Assembly (NCBI GenBank): GCA_036402435.1
Contig: DASWSX010000078.1
Location: forward strand, 5,222-69,221
Length of the DNA: 64,000 nucleotides
Direction: 5' to 3'
DNA from: Telluria sp.
GTDB lineage: Bacteria; Pseudomonadota; Gammaproteobacteria; Burkholderiales; Burkholderiaceae_D
Made by a program: the position numbers and the translations under genes. The stretch's first letter is position 1, and each line of letters starts with the position of its first letter. Of this stretch, positions 19,871 to 29,947 are shown piece after piece. Below the pieces are notes generated by a model that saw only the letters and a program-made list of their open reading frames with translations, had not been told where the DNA came from and searched no databases.

Positions 19871-22800
19871 TCAAGCGCCTCGCGCGCCTGCGGTGGCACG
19901 CTCGGTGTGTCGAAAAAAACCGAGCGACGCCATCCACTTTTCGAACCTATCCACGTACAGGAACACGGCCGGCACGACCAGCAGGCTGAGGGCGGTCGAT
20001 GTGATCAGGCCTCCGATGACTGCCATGGCCATCGGCCGGCGAAAGCTCGAATCCGCGCCGAGCCCCAGCGCGATGGGCAACATGCCGGCGATCATCGCGA
20101 TGGTGGTCATCACGATGGGACGGGCACGCTTGTGGCACGCATCCAGCAGCGCGTCGTGAACAGGCAATCCACGCTCGCGCATGCCGATGACCGCGTACTC
20201 GACAAGCAGGATAGAGTTCTTGGTGACGATCCCCATGAGCATGACCAGCCCGATCATCGAAGGCACGCTCAACTCGCTTCTCGTGACCAGCAGCGCGAGG
20301 AACGCACCACCGATGGACAAGGGGATGGCGGAAAGGATGGTGATGGGTTGAAGGAAGTCCCTGAACAGCAGCACCAGCACGCAGTAGATGCATAGCACGC
20401 CGACCACGAGCGCCATGGCGAAGCCCGCGCCAAGTTCGGCAACGATCTCGGCGTCGCCGGCCTCGATCACCTTCACGCTGGACGGAAGGGATTTGATCGA
20501 TGGCAGGTTGGCGGCAGCCGCCTGCGCCGTTCCGAGCGCGGTGCCTCCCAGGTCAGCCGAAATGGTGACGTTGCGAAGGCGGTCGTGGCGGTCGATCTGT
20601 GCGGGGCCACTCTCCACTGACAGGCTGGCGACGCTGGCAAGCGGCACCGGCCCGTCGCGCCCCGGCACGCGCATGTTGCCGATCGTGTCGATGTCCTGCC
20701 GTGCGGCATCGGGAATGCGCGCGCGGATATAGACTTGCCGGTTGTCGAGGTTCAGGCGCGCCACCTGCGAGTCGAAATCGCCGCTGGTCGCCACCCGCAC
20801 CACGTCGCCAATCGCTGCGGTCGTCACGCCGCGCTCGGCGGCGCGCTCCGGGTCGGGGCGAATGATGATCTCGGGGCGCTCAAGGCTGGCCGTTGACGCG
20901 ATGCCCGACAGGCCCTTGACGTCGCGCAGCTCGGATTCCACCGCTTGCGCGCTCGCTTTGAGTGCCTCGGCGTTGTCACTGGCGAGGATGATCGATAGCT
21001 TCTGACCTGGCCCGCCACCACCGACGGCGAAGCGCGCTCCGGGAATGTCCACCAGGCGTTCCCGCACGGCCTTTTCGATAACCTGCTGCGACGGCCGATC
21101 GCCGCGTGGCCCCAGCGTGAGCGTGAGCGAAGCGCGCCGAACTTCGCCCGCCCGCGATCCACCGGGGCCAGCACTTTGCGCATTGCCCACCGTGGCGAAG
21201 ACATGGGCGATGCCATCCACGTCGCCGATGGCCTTGCGGGCCGACTCGGCGACCGCCAATGTGTCCTCCAGCGAGCTGGCCGGCGGCAACTCAATGCTGA
21301 CGGTCGTGGTGCCGCTGTCGGAGGCCGGGATGAAACCCGTCTCGATGAAAGGCACCAGGGCGAGCGAAGCCGCCAGAAAGAGGACCGCGCCGCCCAGGGT
21401 GGTCTTGCGGTGTTCCAGGCACCAGCGCGCCACTGCCATGTACCAGCGCATGACCCTGCCATCTTCCTTCTCGGGAATCGGCTCGGGCTTGAGCAGGTAG
21501 GCCGCCATCATGGGCGTGAGCAGGCGCGCCACGAGCAGCGAAGCGAGCACGGCGATCACGGCGGTCCAGCCGAACTGCTTGAACACCAGGCCGCCGATGC
21601 CGCTCATCATGGCCGTCGGCAGGAAGACGACTACCAGGCTCATGGTGGTCGCCATGACCGCCAGGGCAATCTCGGTCACGGCATCCTCCGCGGCCTCCCG
21701 GATCGATTTGCCCATGTGCCGGTGGCGCTCGATGTTCTCGATCTCGACGATGGCGTCATCGACCAGGATGCCGACGACAACCGCCAGCGCCAGCAGCGTC
21801 ACGGTGTTGAGCGTAAAGCCCAGCCAGGCCATGGCCGCGAAAGCCGGAAGGATGGACAGCGGCAGAGCGGTCGAGGCGATCAGCGTCGACCGCCAGTCAC
21901 GCAGGAAAAGCCAGACGACGACCATCGCGAGGATGGCGCCCTCGTACAGCATCGCCATGGAGCCCTCGTACTGCTCCAGCGTCTGGCCAACCGACCCTGA
22001 AATCTCCGTCAGGCTGAGCGTCGGGTCGGCCTGCTGAAGACCGGCCAGGGCCTCGCGAACGCCCTCGGCCAGCCGCACCTCGTCAAAGCCCCTGGCGCGG
22101 TACACGCTGAAGCCGACTACATGCTCACCATCGAGCAGGGCTGCGTGCATGGGATCGGCCTGACCATCGACGATCGTCGCGATCTGGTCCAGCCTGAAGC
22201 TCTTGCCGTTGGACAGCGCGATTCGCAGACCCGCAAGCTCCGATGCCTGGCGAACCGTGGCGATCGTGCGAACCGACTGCTCTTCGCCGCCAAGCTGGCC
22301 ACGACCGCCCGAGGATTGCTGCTGCACCTGGCGCAACGCCCGGGAAACGTCCGCCGCCGTGATACCCAGGGCAGACATGCGCAGTGGATCAACCTCAACC
22401 CGAACCTCGCGCTCGATGCCACCCAGCCGCTCAAACCGGCCGACGCCGGACACGCTGAGAACCGCCTTGGCGACAGTGTCGTCCACGAACCAGGAAAGCT
22501 GCTCCTCGTTGAGGCGGGACGACGCGATGGCATAGGTCAGCACGGGAGCACCGACGCTGTTGGATGCGCTGACCGTCGGTTGCAGTAGGTCGGGCGGGAG
22601 GTCGGAGCGAATACCGTCCACCGCGTTCTTGGTTTCGATCAGCGCGTCCGACAGGTTCTTTTCCAGCACGAATTGCACCTGGATCGACACCAGGCCGTCC
22701 GTGACCGATGTGCTCAGGTGGTTCAGGCCGCTCAAGGTCGCCAGCGCGTCTTCGACCTTGCGTGCAACCTCCGTTTCAAGCTGTGCAGGGGCCGCGCCCG

Positions 22801-22954
22801 GCTGCGACAAAGCCACAGTGACCATCGGCAGATCCAGGTCGGGCAAGTCCTGCGTAGGCAGCTTCTGAAACCCCCACAACCCAGCGAGCGCCAGCAACGC
22901 GAACAGCAGGATCGAGGGGATGGGATTGCGGATGGACCAGGTGGCGAAGTTCAT
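19871..22954 (-). CDS. RND efflux permease
   Basis: 1027 aa; GILVDDAIVEIEN, KNSILLVE, RARPIVMT. Confidence 0.96.
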   Translation of the reverse strand: MNFATWSIRNPIPSILLFALLALAGLWGFQKLPTQDLPDLDLPMVTVALSQPGAAPAQLETEVARKVEDALATLSGLNHLSTSVTDGLVSIQVQFVLEKNLSDALIETKNAVDGIRSDLPPDLLQPTVSASNSVGAPVLTYAIASSRLNEEQLSWFVDDTVAKAVLSVSGVGRFERLGGIEREVRVEVDPLRMSALGITAADVSRALRQVQQQSSGGRGQLGGEEQSVRTIATVRQASELAGLRIALSNGKSFRLDQIATIVDGQADPMHAALLDGEHVVGFSVYRARGFDEVRLAEGVREALAGLQQADPTLSLTEISGSVGQTLEQYEGSMAMLYEGAILAMVVVWLFLRDWRSTLIASTALPLSILPAFAAMAWLGFTLNTVTLLALAVVVGILVDDAIVEIENIERHRHMGKSIREAAEDAVTEIALAVMATTMSLVVVFLPTAMMSGIGGLVFKQFGWTAVIAVLASLLVARLLTPMMAAYLLKPEPIPEKEDGRVMRWYMAVARWCLEHRKTTLGGAVLFLAASLALVPFIETGFIPASDSGTTTVSIELPPASSLEDTLAVAESARKAIGDVDGIAHVFATVGNAQSAGPGGSRAGEVRRASLTLTLGPRGDRPSQQVIEKAVRERLVDIPGARFAVGGGGPGQKLSIILASDNAEALKASAQAVESELRDVKGLSGIASTASLERPEIIIRPDPERAAERGVTTAAIGDVVRVATSGDFDSQVARLNLDNRQVYIRARIPDAARQDIDTIGNMRVPGRDGPVPLASVASLSVESGPAQIDRHDRLRNVTISADLGGTALGTAQAAAANLPSIKSLPSSVKVIEAGDAEIVAELGAGFAMALVVGVLCIYCVLVLLFRDFLQPITILSAIPLSIGGAFLALLVTRSELSVPSMIGLVMLMGIVTKNSILLVEYAVIGMRERGLPVHDALLDACHKRARPIVMTTIAMIAGMLPIALGLGADSSFRRPMAMAVIGGLITSTALSLLVVPAVFLYVDRFEKWMASLGFFRHTERATAGARGA

Positions 22955-24081
22955 GGCCTGGCCGCTCCTGCAGGCTGGCCTTGGGAGATGCGCACCAGAT
23001 CACGATCCTTGAGGAACCCTGCACCTTGGACGACGACGTGCTCGTTCTTGCCAAGCCCTTCGGTGATCTCGATCTCCCGACCACTGCGCCGGCCGACGGT
23101 GACACCTCGCAGCGAAACGCGGGGCGTGGCGCTGGTGTCGGCCAGTACCAGGACATGGCTGCGCCCGTCGCGGATGACCACGCTCTCGGCGGGCACGACC
23201 AGCGCCGGACCAGTCCCGAGTCCAAGCCTGCCGTCGGCGTACATGCCGGCCCGTGCCGTGCTTCCCGGCTGGATGTCGGCGTAAACGATGGCCAGGCGCG
23301 AGGCACTGTCCAGGATGGGCGAGGTCTGGCGAACCGTCGCCTTCGCGGTCTTGCCGTCGGGAAGCTCAAGCGCGACCTCCTGCCCGACCTCGACCTGGGC
23401 GAGCTGCTCGGCGGTCAATTCCCCGCGCCATTCCAGGCGTCCCCGGCGAATCATGCGGAACAGTTCCTGACCCACAGGAACGACGGTGCCGAGCGTTGCC
23501 GTTCTGGCGCTGATGACGCCATCGTCTGGCGCCGTGACGTCGGTGTAACGCAGCCGCAACTGATTGGCAGCAAGCAGCGCCTCGGCGGTCTTGGATTCAG
23601 TCACGAGCCGGAGCACGTCCTGATCGCTCATCGCGCCGCTGCTTTGCAGCGTCAGAGCACGCTGCCGGTTGGCGGCGGCCTGATCGGCATCCGCCTTCAG
23701 TTGCGCGTGATCCACCTGCAGCAGAGCCGGATCGAAACGTGCGATGACCTGCCCCTTCTTGACGACATCCCCGACATTGACGCGAACATCGATGAGCTGA
23801 TAGCCACCAATCTGTGCGCCTATGCTGGCTTCTTCCCATGCAGCAATTGCGCCCGAAGCCCTGATCGCCATGGGCCATGAGACTTCCCGAGGGGCGGCGC
23901 TGGTTACGGTCAGCGCCGGTGTCGCCGCAGCAGCCTCTTCGGTCGGCGTCGGGTCGCGCTTGACGACGACGATCACCAGCACCGCCACGGCCAGGGCAAT
24001 CGCGCCCACGAGATACGCGATCCGGTGCCTTCGGAGGGGCCCCTGGATGGGCAAGCTGCGGTGTTCTTGTTCTTGGCTCAT
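22951..24081 (-). CDS. RND periplasmic adaptor (MFP)
   Basis: VNVGDVVKKGQ, VTAPDDGVI lipoyl-like motifs; coupled to neighbours. Confidence 0.92.
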   Translation of the reverse strand: MSQEQEHRSLPIQGPLRRHRIAYLVGAIALAVAVLVIVVVKRDPTPTEEAAAATPALTVTSAAPREVSWPMAIRASGAIAAWEEASIGAQIGGYQLIDVRVNVGDVVKKGQVIARFDPALLQVDHAQLKADADQAAANRQRALTLQSSGAMSDQDVLRLVTESKTAEALLAANQLRLRYTDVTAPDDGVISARTATLGTVVPVGQELFRMIRRGRLEWRGELTAEQLAQVEVGQEVALELPDGKTAKATVRQTSPILDSASRLAIVYADIQPGSTARAGMYADGRLGLGTGPALVVPAESVVIRDGRSHVLVLADTSATPRVSLRGVTVGRRSGREIEITEGLGKNEHVVVQGAGFLKDRDLVRISQGQPAGAARP

Positions 24082-25667
24082 CAGCGATGACTTTCGTTGC
24101 CGGCGAAGGGGGTTTTGGTCGGAGCGTCGGTCGTTTCCTCGGCTACGGGCTGTTCCAGTGCTGTGGCCGACAATGGCGGGGTCCCTGCTGCGCGCACGAG
24201 GGAGATCCAGGACCGGGCGCGGTCGGAAGCAGCGGCGATGGCGCTTTCCTGCGCGCCGTTGACCTGCCGGCGCGAGCCTTCCAGCTCGAACAAGCTGATG
24301 GCACCCGCGTGATACCGGGCTTCGTTCGCACGCAGCGCGACAGCAGCCGCATTGGCGGCCTGCCGGGACGTGTCCGCACGCTGCTCGGCCGACGACAGCG
24401 CAGCCAGGGAATCCTCGACATCGCGCGTGCCGGTACGCAGCGTGGATGCCAGGCCCGCCAGGGCTGCGCGATACCGCGCTTCTGCACCATCCACGTTGGC
24501 AGCGCCCAAGCCCGCATCGAAGATCGGTACGGACACCGCCGCACCGGCGGACCAGGTATCGAAGTGGATCGTCGATCCCAGCGCGCGAATCCACTGCCCG
24601 GTGAGGAGCGCGGACAGATCGACGCGGGGCAGCCGTTCAGCACGCGCAACGCCGATCTCTGCATAGCTGGCTGCAAGTTCCCGCTCGGCCGACCGGACGG
24701 CGGGATGCTGGAGGAGAACGGTTGCGGGAAGATCCAGGCGAACTGGAGGCGCGGTGGGCACGATGGCCGCGGCCTCATCGAGGCGGCCGATGGCGGATGC
24801 CGTCGAGGCACCGCCGGACGGCAAAGGTGGCCGGCTCATGAGGTGCCGAATCGTCGTTGCCTCACGACCGCTGAGCGCAACCAAGGCGTCCACCAGGGTC
24901 GTGCAGCTCTCTTCCTGGCTCAGTCGATTGGTTCTCGCGGAGGCCAGCGCGCTCAGTGCGCTGGCTTCTTCCACGGGCGCGACATTGCCGACGGCGAGGC
25001 GCTGCCGGATCAGCGAAAGCTCGATTTCACGCGAGCCGATGTCCTGATCGCGAATGGCAAGCGAATAGTTGCAGGCGCGCAAGGCCACGACGCCATCGGC
25101 GATCTGCGCCACCAGGGAAAGCCGGGCTTCCTCGGCATCGGCGTTGCGCGCATCGAGCCGGCTGCGAGCCGCCTCTTCCGTCGCACGTGCGCGTCCCCAC
25201 AGATCAAGCTCCCACGAGAGGCTGGCGCCCAAGGAACCCGAAGTGGCGCTGATCGTGTCGGTGCCACCCGCCTGGCTCTGCGACTTGCCTCGCGACAGCG
25301 CACCATTGCCGCCAAGCTGCGGAGCGCGTCTGGCGCCACTCGCGCCCAATCCTGCGCGCGCCTCATCGACGCGCGCAGCCGCTTGCGCGAGCGTGGGGTT
25401 ATCGGTCAAGGCAGAGGCGACGAGCACGTCGATGACGGGGTCGCCCAATTGCGTCCACCAGTCGTCGCGCGCCGATCCCGTGCCATCAACGAGCGTGCCA
25501 GCTCGCGCATTGGCCCATGCTTTCGGCATGTCGAGCTGGGGCCTTGAGTACGGCGGCTGTGTCGTGCAGCCGCCAATGCAAAGCATGGCCGCCAGTGCGC
25601 ACGCGACGTGAAGCGACCCGCGGCCATCGCGCGATTGCGACACGTCGTCGGACCTGGCCGCTGTCAT
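24081..25667 (-). CDS. Efflux outer membrane factor (TolC/NodT-like lipoprotein)
   Basis: WWTQLGDP, SWELDLWG, lipobox IGGC. Confidence 0.92.
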   Translation of the reverse strand: MTAARSDDVSQSRDGRGSLHVACALAAMLCIGGCTTQPPYSRPQLDMPKAWANARAGTLVDGTGSARDDWWTQLGDPVIDVLVASALTDNPTLAQAAARVDEARAGLGASGARRAPQLGGNGALSRGKSQSQAGGTDTISATSGSLGASLSWELDLWGRARATEEAARSRLDARNADAEEARLSLVAQIADGVVALRACNYSLAIRDQDIGSREIELSLIRQRLAVGNVAPVEEASALSALASARTNRLSQEESCTTLVDALVALSGREATTIRHLMSRPPLPSGGASTASAIGRLDEAAAIVPTAPPVRLDLPATVLLQHPAVRSAERELAASYAEIGVARAERLPRVDLSALLTGQWIRALGSTIHFDTWSAGAAVSVPIFDAGLGAANVDGAEARYRAALAGLASTLRTGTRDVEDSLAALSSAEQRADTSRQAANAAAVALRANEARYHAGAISLFELEGSRRQVNGAQESAIAAASDRARSWISLVRAAGTPPLSATALEQPVAEETTDAPTKTPFAGNESHR

Positions 25668-26254
25668 CGCTCGCGGGCCATGGAGAATGCCTTCTCCACG
25701 ATAGGCCGTAGATCCGCCTGGCCACCGCCTTCGTACCATTCGTCGAGAGCGGCCGTCCACGCGGCCATGACCGTGCCCACGACGATTCGCGCCTTGAGGG
25801 GACTCATCGCGTGCTCACCCAGGCGCTGCACGAGCGCGACCGCAAGCGCCTGCTCCCAGATCATTCGCTTCTCGCATTCCCTGCCGACCAGCGAAGGCGT
25901 TTCCTTCAACAGGCGCATCAGCGCGAAGGCCATGTCGGGATTGGCGTCATAGCGCTTGAGCAGGCTGGAGAGCGCCCCGCAGACCGCCTCGAAAGGCGCC
26001 TCCTCAGGCGGCCTGCCGTTCAGTTCGGCGACCAGCTCGACCGTCTTCTCGGCATTCCATGCAAAGACCAAGTCCTCCTTGACCTTGAAGTACCTGAAGA
26101 AGGTCCGCCTGGCGATGCCCAGCGGCTCGACGATCTGGTCGATCGTGGTGTTGTCGAAGCCCTGCTTCATGAACAACCTAAGCCCGAGGCTGAACAGCTC
26201 TTGGCGGGTGTTCTCTTTGTGCCGCTCACGCAGGCCGAGATTTTTTTCTGTCAT
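25664..26254 (-). CDS. TetR-family regulator heading the efflux/envelope operon
   Basis: GLRERHK..TR, GFDNTTIDQI...GIARRTFFRYF. Confidence 0.92.
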   Translation of the reverse strand: MTEKNLGLRERHKENTRQELFSLGLRLFMKQGFDNTTIDQIVEPLGIARRTFFRYFKVKEDLVFAWNAEKTVELVAELNGRPPEEAPFEAVCGALSSLLKRYDANPDMAFALMRLLKETPSLVGRECEKRMIWEQALAVALVQRLGEHAMSPLKARIVVGTVMAAWTAALDEWYEGGGQADLRPIVEKAFSMARER

Positions 26255-26275
26255 GGGCACCATCCTATCCGAAAC

Positions 26276-26325
26276 TGTCACTCCGTGCCAATAAGTCACT
26301 TTACGACAATTGTCACTAAATGCCA
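26276..26325. promoter_or_regulatory. Three tandem imperfect palindromic boxes (putative TetR operators)
   Basis: TGTCACTCCGTGCCA, AGTCACTTTACGACA, TGTCACTAAATGCCA between divergent tetR and ferredoxin. Confidence 0.6.
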
Positions 26326-26383
26326 CAATGCCTTTAGGCCACCCTGAATGGCCGCCATTGAGTAACCCGCCCCCAAGGACCTC

Positions 26384-26686
26384 ATGAAAAACGAGCCAAA
26401 AACTCAAGCTGCGCTGTGCAAGCAAGCGCCCGGGAAGTTCGTGCCGGTGATCGATCGCAACCGGTGCGAGGGCAAGGGCGACTGCGTCCCCGCCTGCCCC
26501 AATGACGTGTTCGAGCTTGGCGTGTTGCCCAAGTCAGAGCGAGCCGATCTCTCATGGATCGGTAAGGTGAAGGGGTTTGCCCACGGTTGGAAGCAAGCGT
26601 TCATGCCGAACGCAGGCGCGTGCGAAGCCTGTGGCCTATGCGTCTCGGCTTGTCCCGAACGCGCCATCACGCTATCTCGGGCATGA
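26384..26686 (+). CDS. Dicluster Fe-S ferredoxin
   Basis: CEGKGDCVPACP and CEACGLCVSACP motifs. Confidence 0.88.
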   Translation: MKNEPKTQAALCKQAPGKFVPVIDRNRCEGKGDCVPACPNDVFELGVLPKSERADLSWIGKVKGFAHGWKQAFMPNAGACEACGLCVSACPERAITLSRA

Positions 26687-26741
26687 CGAGCTAAATCCCG
26701 TTCCTCCAGGATCTGAGTTCACGGGAAATGGAGCATCAGCT

Positions 26742-27558
26742 GTGAATCACCCCAAAGCACAGCGCATCGTCGTCATGACCGGTGCCACCTCGGAACTGGG
26801 CGCACCTGCCATCCAGCACATCGCCGCTCAGCCCCGCACGCGAATCATGATCGGCGCCCGAGGCCGCGCTCCGACCGCGCCACCTGGAGTCGAGGTCATT
26901 TCACTCCACCTTGCCTCGCTCACCAGCGTCCGTGAGTTTGCCAACATAGTGATGGCGCGGCTCTTGATACCGCACATGGCCGACCACGGCCGCCTGGTGA
27001 TCACTACGAGCGACGAGCGAAACGCATGACCCTGCGGTCACTCCGATCGCACCCAAGACGCTCGACCCGCAGGCGCTGGCGCACCCGCGCCAAAGCGGAT
27101 TCGGCAGCGGCATCCGCGCCTATTCAGCCTCCAAGCTGTGCAACCTGATGACCGCCCAGCCCTTCACCGCGCTCGACGATGTCAAGACCCGCCAGATCAG
27201 GGTGATCGCTTTCAGCCCCGGGCTCACTGGTGGCACCTTGCTGGGCCGCAACAGTTCGCCGGTCATGCGGGCGCTCGTTACCTTCCTGATGCATACCGTA
27301 TTCCGTGTGATCGCCCTCTTCCGTCCGGAATACGTCGTGGGCACACCGGAGCGTTCAGGCGAAGCCCTGGCCGAAGTCGCCCTCGGCGTGGTGACCCCAC
27401 CGCCCGGGCGGATCTACATCTCACTGATCAAGGGAAACCCTATACTCCCCGGCCCTTCCGAGCTGGCACGAAGCGCAGACGCCTGGGATCGACTGTGGCG
27501 CGAAAGCGCGGCCATGGTCGGCCTCATTGATGTGAACATGACAGCAGCTACGCAATGA
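26742..27558 (+). pseudogene. Degraded SDR oxidoreductase, paralog of 15710..16633
   Basis: TGATSELG and YSASKLCNLMTA match the paralog; internal deletion of the NAG/NHL segment; frameshift from ACGAGCG tandem duplication at 27006-27019. Confidence 0.85.
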
Positions 27559-27906
27559 CGCTTGAGCGCCAAAAACAAAGGAAAATGCGGCTCGAACGCA
27601 TACACGCCTCGCCGCTCTGGGATGGTCAGCGATTTCGGAGTGTGCATCCGAGATGCTTGCCGGTTTGCGCGACCCGAACCGATCGACGCCTTCGTTAAGA
27701 GACTTTCTGCAAGATCGCGAGCGGCTTTCGCCGCAAGGAACGCCCCCTTGAAGGACCGCTCCCTTGTACGAATCCTCTTGTACGCACCAAGCGTCTTGAT
27801 CGGCCAAACCACAAATTTCTGATCGACCTACCGGTTCATTGGACGGGTGGCTGCCGTTCGCTGTTGGCCAAGTGCGGACAGTTGGATGCATCGGGGCTTG
27901 TACAGC

Positions 27907-28476
27907 TCACGCGACAAGGCGCTCCAACTCCCCGGCAATCTGATCGAACGGCGCAATGCTTCTGTGTGCCTTGCACAAAACGATCGCACCCTCCACGCTC
28001 GCGATGATCAAAGTGGCAAGCCTGGATGCAGATTCGAGCCGATGCCCCTGCGTAGCCAGGGAGGCGGCCAGTTTCGCCTCCCAGTCACTGAAAACCTGCG
28101 CCGCTGCGCTCAAGGCCTCGGCAGCGACCTCATCGATCGGCTCCTCGACAGCCGCGGCCATTACCGGGCATCCGAGGCGGAAGTCCGATCGCAGCAGGAT
28201 TTCGCGCCACATTGCCAGGAATCCGCGCAGGCCCGCCGCGGCGCCCGCCTGCAGGTGTCGCTCCAGGCTCGCGCTGACTTGTGCTCCGGCGAACTGCACC
28301 GCCTCGACCACGACCTGTTGCTTGCCACCGGGGAAGTGGTGGTATGTCGAGCCGACTGGCGCCTCGGCGCGCTTGGCCATTTCGCGGATGCTGGTTGCAT
28401 TGAGGCCATGTCGCGCCAGCATCTCGGCCGCAGTCGAAACGACGCGCTGCCGGGCATCGGATTGGCGGGGACTCAT
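27907..28476 (-). CDS. TetR-family regulator (LmrA/YxaF-like)
   Basis: GLNATSIREM...APVGSTYHHFPGGK, GCP. Confidence 0.92.
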   Translation of the reverse strand: MSPRQSDARQRVVSTAAEMLARHGLNATSIREMAKRAEAPVGSTYHHFPGGKQQVVVEAVQFAGAQVSASLERHLQAGAAAGLRGFLAMWREILLRSDFRLGCPVMAAAVEEPIDEVAAEALSAAAQVFSDWEAKLAASLATQGHRLESASRLATLIIASVEGAIVLCKAHRSIAPFDQIAGELERLVA

Positions 28477-28492
28477 GGAGAAAAACCCTTGT

Positions 28493-28541
28493 TATGACAA
28501 TCGTCATAGTTTAGCGTATCCATTCTATTACGACTGTCATA
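28493..28541. promoter_or_regulatory. Two palindromic TetR operator boxes
   Basis: TATGAC-AATC-GTCATA (28493-28508) and TATTAC-GACT-GTCATA (28526-28541) in the divergent promoter. Confidence 0.7.
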
Positions 28542-28548
28542 TAAAGCC

Positions 28549-29421
28549 ATGATTGATGACATCCTTGCCGTGGAACTGGTCGCTGCCGACGGCTATGTCT
28601 TGGGCGCCTGCCGCTATCCGGCCCGAAACCCGTTGCGCGGGCGCGTGGTTGTTGCCGGCGCCACGGCGGTTCCGCAGGGCTTCTACCAGCGCTTCGCCCG
28701 GTTCGCGAGCGCCCAGGGCTTTGAGGTCCTGACCTTCGATTACCGGGGAATCGGTCGATCGCGTCCGCGCTCGCTCAGGGGATTCCGCATGGACCTGCTG
28801 GATTGGGCGCGGCTGGATCTGGCGGCCGCCGTTGACGCGATGGCGGATCCATCGGTGCCGTTGTACGTCGTCGGACACTCCTACGGTGGGCACGCCTTCG
28901 GTCTGCTGCCCAACCATCGCAAGGTGGCGGGCTTCTACGTCTTCGGCACCGGTGCCGGCTGGCATGGCTACATGCCCTTGGGTGAGCGCCTGCGCGTATT
29001 GGCCATGTGGAAGCTGGTATTGCCTGTGCTGACCTGGTGGAAGGGCTACTGCCCCTGGGCGATGCTGCGCATGGGCGAAGACCTGCCCGCGGATGCGTAC
29101 CGGCAATGGCGGCACTGGTGCCAGTTCCCTCGCTATTTCTTCGACGATCCGGTCATGCGCGGGATCGAGCAGGAATACGCGACCGTACAAACGCCAATCG
29201 TGGCGGCCAATGCGCTGGACGACCTGTGGGCTTCGCCACGATCGCGTGACGCGTTCGTCGAGGCTTACCGCAACGCGCCGCTGCAGCGAAAGGACCTCGA
29301 TCCCAGGCAAGCGGGAGGAACGGTCGGGCACATGGGTTATTTCCGACCGCCGGCCGAACCTTACTGGCGAGGAATGCTGGAGTGGTTCGCGAGCCTGGCG
29401 CCTACGGTAACGGCACGATGA
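28549..29421 (+). CDS. Alpha/beta hydrolase
   Basis: FDYRGIG, GHSYG, GHMGYF. Confidence 0.9.
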   Translation: MIDDILAVELVAADGYVLGACRYPARNPLRGRVVVAGATAVPQGFYQRFARFASAQGFEVLTFDYRGIGRSRPRSLRGFRMDLLDWARLDLAAAVDAMADPSVPLYVVGHSYGGHAFGLLPNHRKVAGFYVFGTGAGWHGYMPLGERLRVLAMWKLVLPVLTWWKGYCPWAMLRMGEDLPADAYRQWRHWCQFPRYFFDDPVMRGIEQEYATVQTPIVAANALDDLWASPRSRDAFVEAYRNAPLQRKDLDPRQAGGTVGHMGYFRPPAEPYWRGMLEWFASLAPTVTAR

Positions 29422-29810
29422 AAGCAGAGCGCTGGCAACGCGGCCTCAAATGGATCCTGCTCGCCACGGTGCTAGGGAGCATCCTTCACTATGCGGACAA
29501 TCTCCTGTTCTTCGCCGAATACCCGGAACCGCCCTGGATCAATCGGTCCATGATCGATGCATTCTGGTTCCTGATGACACCGCTGGCATGGTTGGGCTAT
29601 CGCTTGATCCGGGTCGGATCACGCAACGCCGGTGTTCTTGTCCTGATGGGCTATGTCGGCTGCAACCTGCTCGTGCTGGGTCACTACCGTTTCGCGCCCA
29701 TGTGCAGCATCGCTCCGCGCATCAATGTCTTCATCTGGCTCGAAGCCGGACTCGCTGCCTGCTTGCAGGTGTACCTGATTCTTCCTTACATCCGAAAGTC
29801 CACGGCTTAG
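29418..29810 (+). CDS. Hypothetical four-TM membrane protein
   Basis: ATGA overlap with hydrolase; hydrophobic segments; HYADN, YPEP. Confidence 0.7.
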   Translation: MKAERWQRGLKWILLATVLGSILHYADNLLFFAEYPEPPWINRSMIDAFWFLMTPLAWLGYRLIRVGSRNAGVLVLMGYVGCNLLVLGHYRFAPMCSIAPRINVFIWLEAGLAACLQVYLILPYIRKSTA

Positions 29811-29947
29811 GCTCTGCCGCCGCTCCGATCGCTCGCTGCCCCGACTCCTGCAAGATCAACTGCAATCCAGGACATCTCATGACGATCATCACCGTGAACT
29901 GATTGAACCAACCCTGGACCGAAGCATCGATCCGTGGTGGCGAAACG

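Noticed and set aside
27560-27900. Possible cassette recombination site or small ORF
   Set aside because: No convincing attC structure or credible protein; too degenerate to support
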